Source of the DNA: Nitrospirota bacterium
Lineage (GTDB): Bacteria > Nitrospirota > Nitrospiria > 2-01-FULL-66-17
DNA length: 64,000 nucleotides
Reading direction: 5' to 3'
Assembly: GCA_049325335.1 (NCBI GenBank)
Contig: JBMOMC010000006.1
Coordinates: 32,001 to 96,000 of the forward strand
The position numbers were made by a program, and so were the translations under genes. Position 1 is the first letter of the stretch. Every line of letters begins with the position of its first letter. Under the pieces are notes generated by a model, which was given only the letters and a program-made list of their open reading frames with translations, was not told the origin of the DNA and searched no databases. Below are positions 61,989 through 64,000 of this stretch, in pieces.

Positions 61989-62636
61989 ATGAGCCGAAAT
62001 GGGAAGAAGGTTGCGGCTCGGCTAGGGATCGTGGCGGCGAGCCTTCTAGCGCTACTGATCGCAGGCAGTTCGCTGAGGGATGTGGGCGCAGGCTCCGCTG
62101 GATACGCTGACCGCCTCGGTCCCACATACCCGATTCTGGAACCGGACTGGAGCACTTGGCTGCCCGCGCAGATGCAGAAGCGCTTAGAAAAGCAGTCCCT
62201 GGGCCTCCCGCGGGACCGAGTCCGTTCCGCCCTTCGCCGGCAGGACCGCGACCTTGATCTGCCAGAGGCGATGACGCCAAGGACCTATACCGTCGATCCC
62301 ACCGTTAGAGTGCCGCGCCCAGCGACGGATCTCGTCGGTCGTAACCTTGCTGCTGGCGAGGCCCTCAATCCGATGAGCTACTTGGCGGGTTTCCGGCCGA
62401 TCCTAATCATTGACGGCGGCAAGGACCGACACGTCCAGTGGGCCAAGCGAATCCTGGCCAGGACGAACTCGATCGTGCTCGCTCTCTCCGGCGATGTGCC
62501 TGCCCTAAGCGCGCGTCTCGGGGCTCCGGTCTACTTCGCTCCTCCGCTGTTGCTTGAACGGCTGTCAATCACAAGAGCGCCGGTGGTCGTCTCAGGGGAG
62601 GGCGGCCTTGTGCGAGTTGATGAGGTCGTTCCGTGA
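61989..62636 (+). CDS. traW: TraW-like protein
   Basis: LGPTYPILEPD, VDPT, LNP, IDG, RLSITRAPVVV. Confidence 0.75.
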   Translation: MSRNGKKVAARLGIVAASLLALLIAGSSLRDVGAGSAGYADRLGPTYPILEPDWSTWLPAQMQKRLEKQSLGLPRDRVRSALRRQDRDLDLPEAMTPRTYTVDPTVRVPRPATDLVGRNLAAGEALNPMSYLAGFRPILIIDGGKDRHVQWAKRILARTNSIVLALSGDVPALSARLGAPVYFAPPLLLERLSITRAPVVVSGEGGLVRVDEVVP

Positions 62637-62995
62637 TGGACGGAGATTTACTCCTTGCGACCGTCGATCAACTCGACGGCTATCGGGTCGATTCCTATCA
62701 CGGCGTCATCTCGGTCCACGTGTCCTGCGGGATCAACTTCGTGCGCGGTTGGTTCGTGGCGTTACGTGATCTCGTGGGTGGGAAAGTGGGTACATTCGAG
62801 AACGAAGCCGTCCGCCTCGAGGAACGCGCCAAACGAGAACTCTGGGAGAGGATTCGCCAGATGCCGGACGTCAACGCTGTGATCGGCCTGCAGTTCACCT
62901 ACCACCACATTGGCCAGCAGCGGAAATCCATGCTTGCACTGACTGTGAGTGGGACCGCCTGCCACATTCGAGCTGCAGGTTCTCAGCATCATTGA
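62633..62995 (+). CDS. YbjQ/UPF0145-family protein
   Basis: GYRVDSYHGVI..GINFVR..LRDLVGG..NAVIG..VSGTA. Confidence 0.8.
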   Translation: MMDGDLLLATVDQLDGYRVDSYHGVISVHVSCGINFVRGWFVALRDLVGGKVGTFENEAVRLEERAKRELWERIRQMPDVNAVIGLQFTYHHIGQQRKSMLALTVSGTACHIRAAGSQHH

Positions 62996-62997
62996 AT

Positions 62998-64000
62998 TCA
63001 GTACGCCAACACCACTCCCAAGACACCGGTGTGCGTCTTTTCCGGGTGAGTGGCATCGCGAGGCTGCAGGTCGTGGGTGTACTCAGCGAGGAACTTCAGA
63101 TTTCGTAGGTGGTAGTACGTCACGTTGGCGGTCAGGGTGCGACTGTCGAGCGTGGGAAGGTCATTCGACGAGACCTGATTGTACAGCAGCACGCCTGTCC
63201 ACCGGTCGTTGAAGTGGACATCGGCTTCCACGAACCCGCCGTTGTGGGCAACGGCGGGTTCGCCCGGCGTGAACGTAGGGTGATCGTCGTGCCCGAAGAT
63301 CCAGTTGGCCCTCAGGTCGGCCCGTTTTCCGAGTGGTGCATAGAGGTCGGGCCCGTAGCGGACGAATCGATTCGACTGGCCGTTCAGGAGGTCCTCGTCT
63401 TTGCCGTGGTAACCGAACATGCCGACCGTCATCCACGGTATGTCCACGGCGATTCGTGCCATCTGATTCTTGTAGGCGTTGCTATCGAAGTGACCATTGT
63501 TCAACTCCCCGAGTCCATTGCCGTTGGTAACACCCACCATCAAGAATCCGGGGCCCGCCGACCACGTCGTCAGCACCCCCCGGTCGTAGGCGAGTTTAAA
63601 TCCCGGGTCGGTGCCTCCGGAGGCGGTGTTCACGACGTTGGCCGTGTAGATCGAGATGTCCTGAAACGTCAGACGTTGCTCCCGAGGGTAAAACGTGTCC
63701 ATCACCTGGAATTGACCGACCACCGCGTCCCAGTCGTGTCCGCCGAGATTGTTGAAGTACAGGAACGCGTCTTCCAGCCCGACGACTTCGCCACCCTCGG
63801 AGGCGAGAAAGTAAAAGTAGTACGTAAGATCCTTGGCGAGATAGCCGGTGCTGAACAGTTTGAGGGTCAGTGGAGATTCGAAGTCCGTGGTCACCGCGGT
63901 GTCGTTTCGCGCGCGAAAGAACCCGTCCGCGCGGATCGCAAAGGTGGGGCTGGTCGGAAGATTGAGGAGCGGATCACCGGTTTCGACCGCGCGACCCTTC
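62998..64000 (-). CDS. Outer membrane beta-barrel/porin-like protein, 5' end outside window
   Basis: Frame stays open to the window edge (KGRAVETGDPLLNLP...); amphipathic beta strands, VGQFQV, terminal aromatic Y. Confidence 0.65.
   Translation of the reverse strand, partial: KGRAVETGDPLLNLPTSPTFAIRADGFFRARNDTAVTTDFESPLTLKLFSTGYLAKDLTYYFYFLASEGGEVVGLEDAFLYFNNLGGHDWDAVVGQFQVMDTFYPREQRLTFQDISIYTANVVNTASGGTDPGFKLAYDRGVLTTWSAGPGFLMVGVTNGNGLGELNNGHFDSNAYKNQMARIAVDIPWMTVGMFGYHGKDEDLLNGQSNRFVRYGPDLYAPLGKRADLRANWIFGHDDHPTFTPGEPAVAHNGGFVEADVHFNDRWTGVLLYNQVSSNDLPTLDSRTLTANVTYYHLRNLKFLAEYTHDLQPRDATHPEKTHTGVLGVVLAY

Noticed and set aside
1..64000. CRISPR array, tRNA, rRNA, integrase or att site
   Set aside because: None was recognised by eye, so element boundaries cannot be placed from this window.

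Overview
High-GC bacterial DNA that reads as the interior of a large conjugative element (ICE or megaplasmid). No integrase, tRNA, rRNA or CRISPR array was seen. Left to right: (1) 1-21 kb is a co-oriented cargo block: copAB, a GH57/ppsA/2-hydroxyacid dehydrogenase/USP/archaeal-type GAPDH cluster, htpX, DUF3047, a TolC-HlyD-ABC exporter, YHS and Met-rich metal-binding proteins, a CxxCH membrane protein and a patatin. (2) 21-30 kb holds an orphan gene divergent from a FadL, O-methyltransferase, double histidine kinase, NtrC-family operon. That operon has a sigma54-type promoter, but its activator lacks GAFTGA. (3) 30-36 kb holds two lower-GC nuclease-like genes and a four-gene ParB module with a perfect 37-bp palindrome and a phased DnaA-box-like cluster. 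(4) 36-51 kb is a defence island: SNF2 helicase, IetAS-like AAA/S8 pair, type III R-M, then an XRE/ImmA (CapH/CapP-like) switch divergent from an uncharacterised DUF2188-HNH-HNH-lipoprotein operon. (5) 51-63 kb is an F-type T4SS region (traD, MOBH-like HD protein with a predicted membrane tether, traALEKB-dsbC-traVC-trbI-S26-traW). Two related MITE-like structured elements, a phosphoketolase remnant and a DUF1016 remnant were found outside the annotated ORFs. All protein calls come from motif recognition by eye; no database searches were run.
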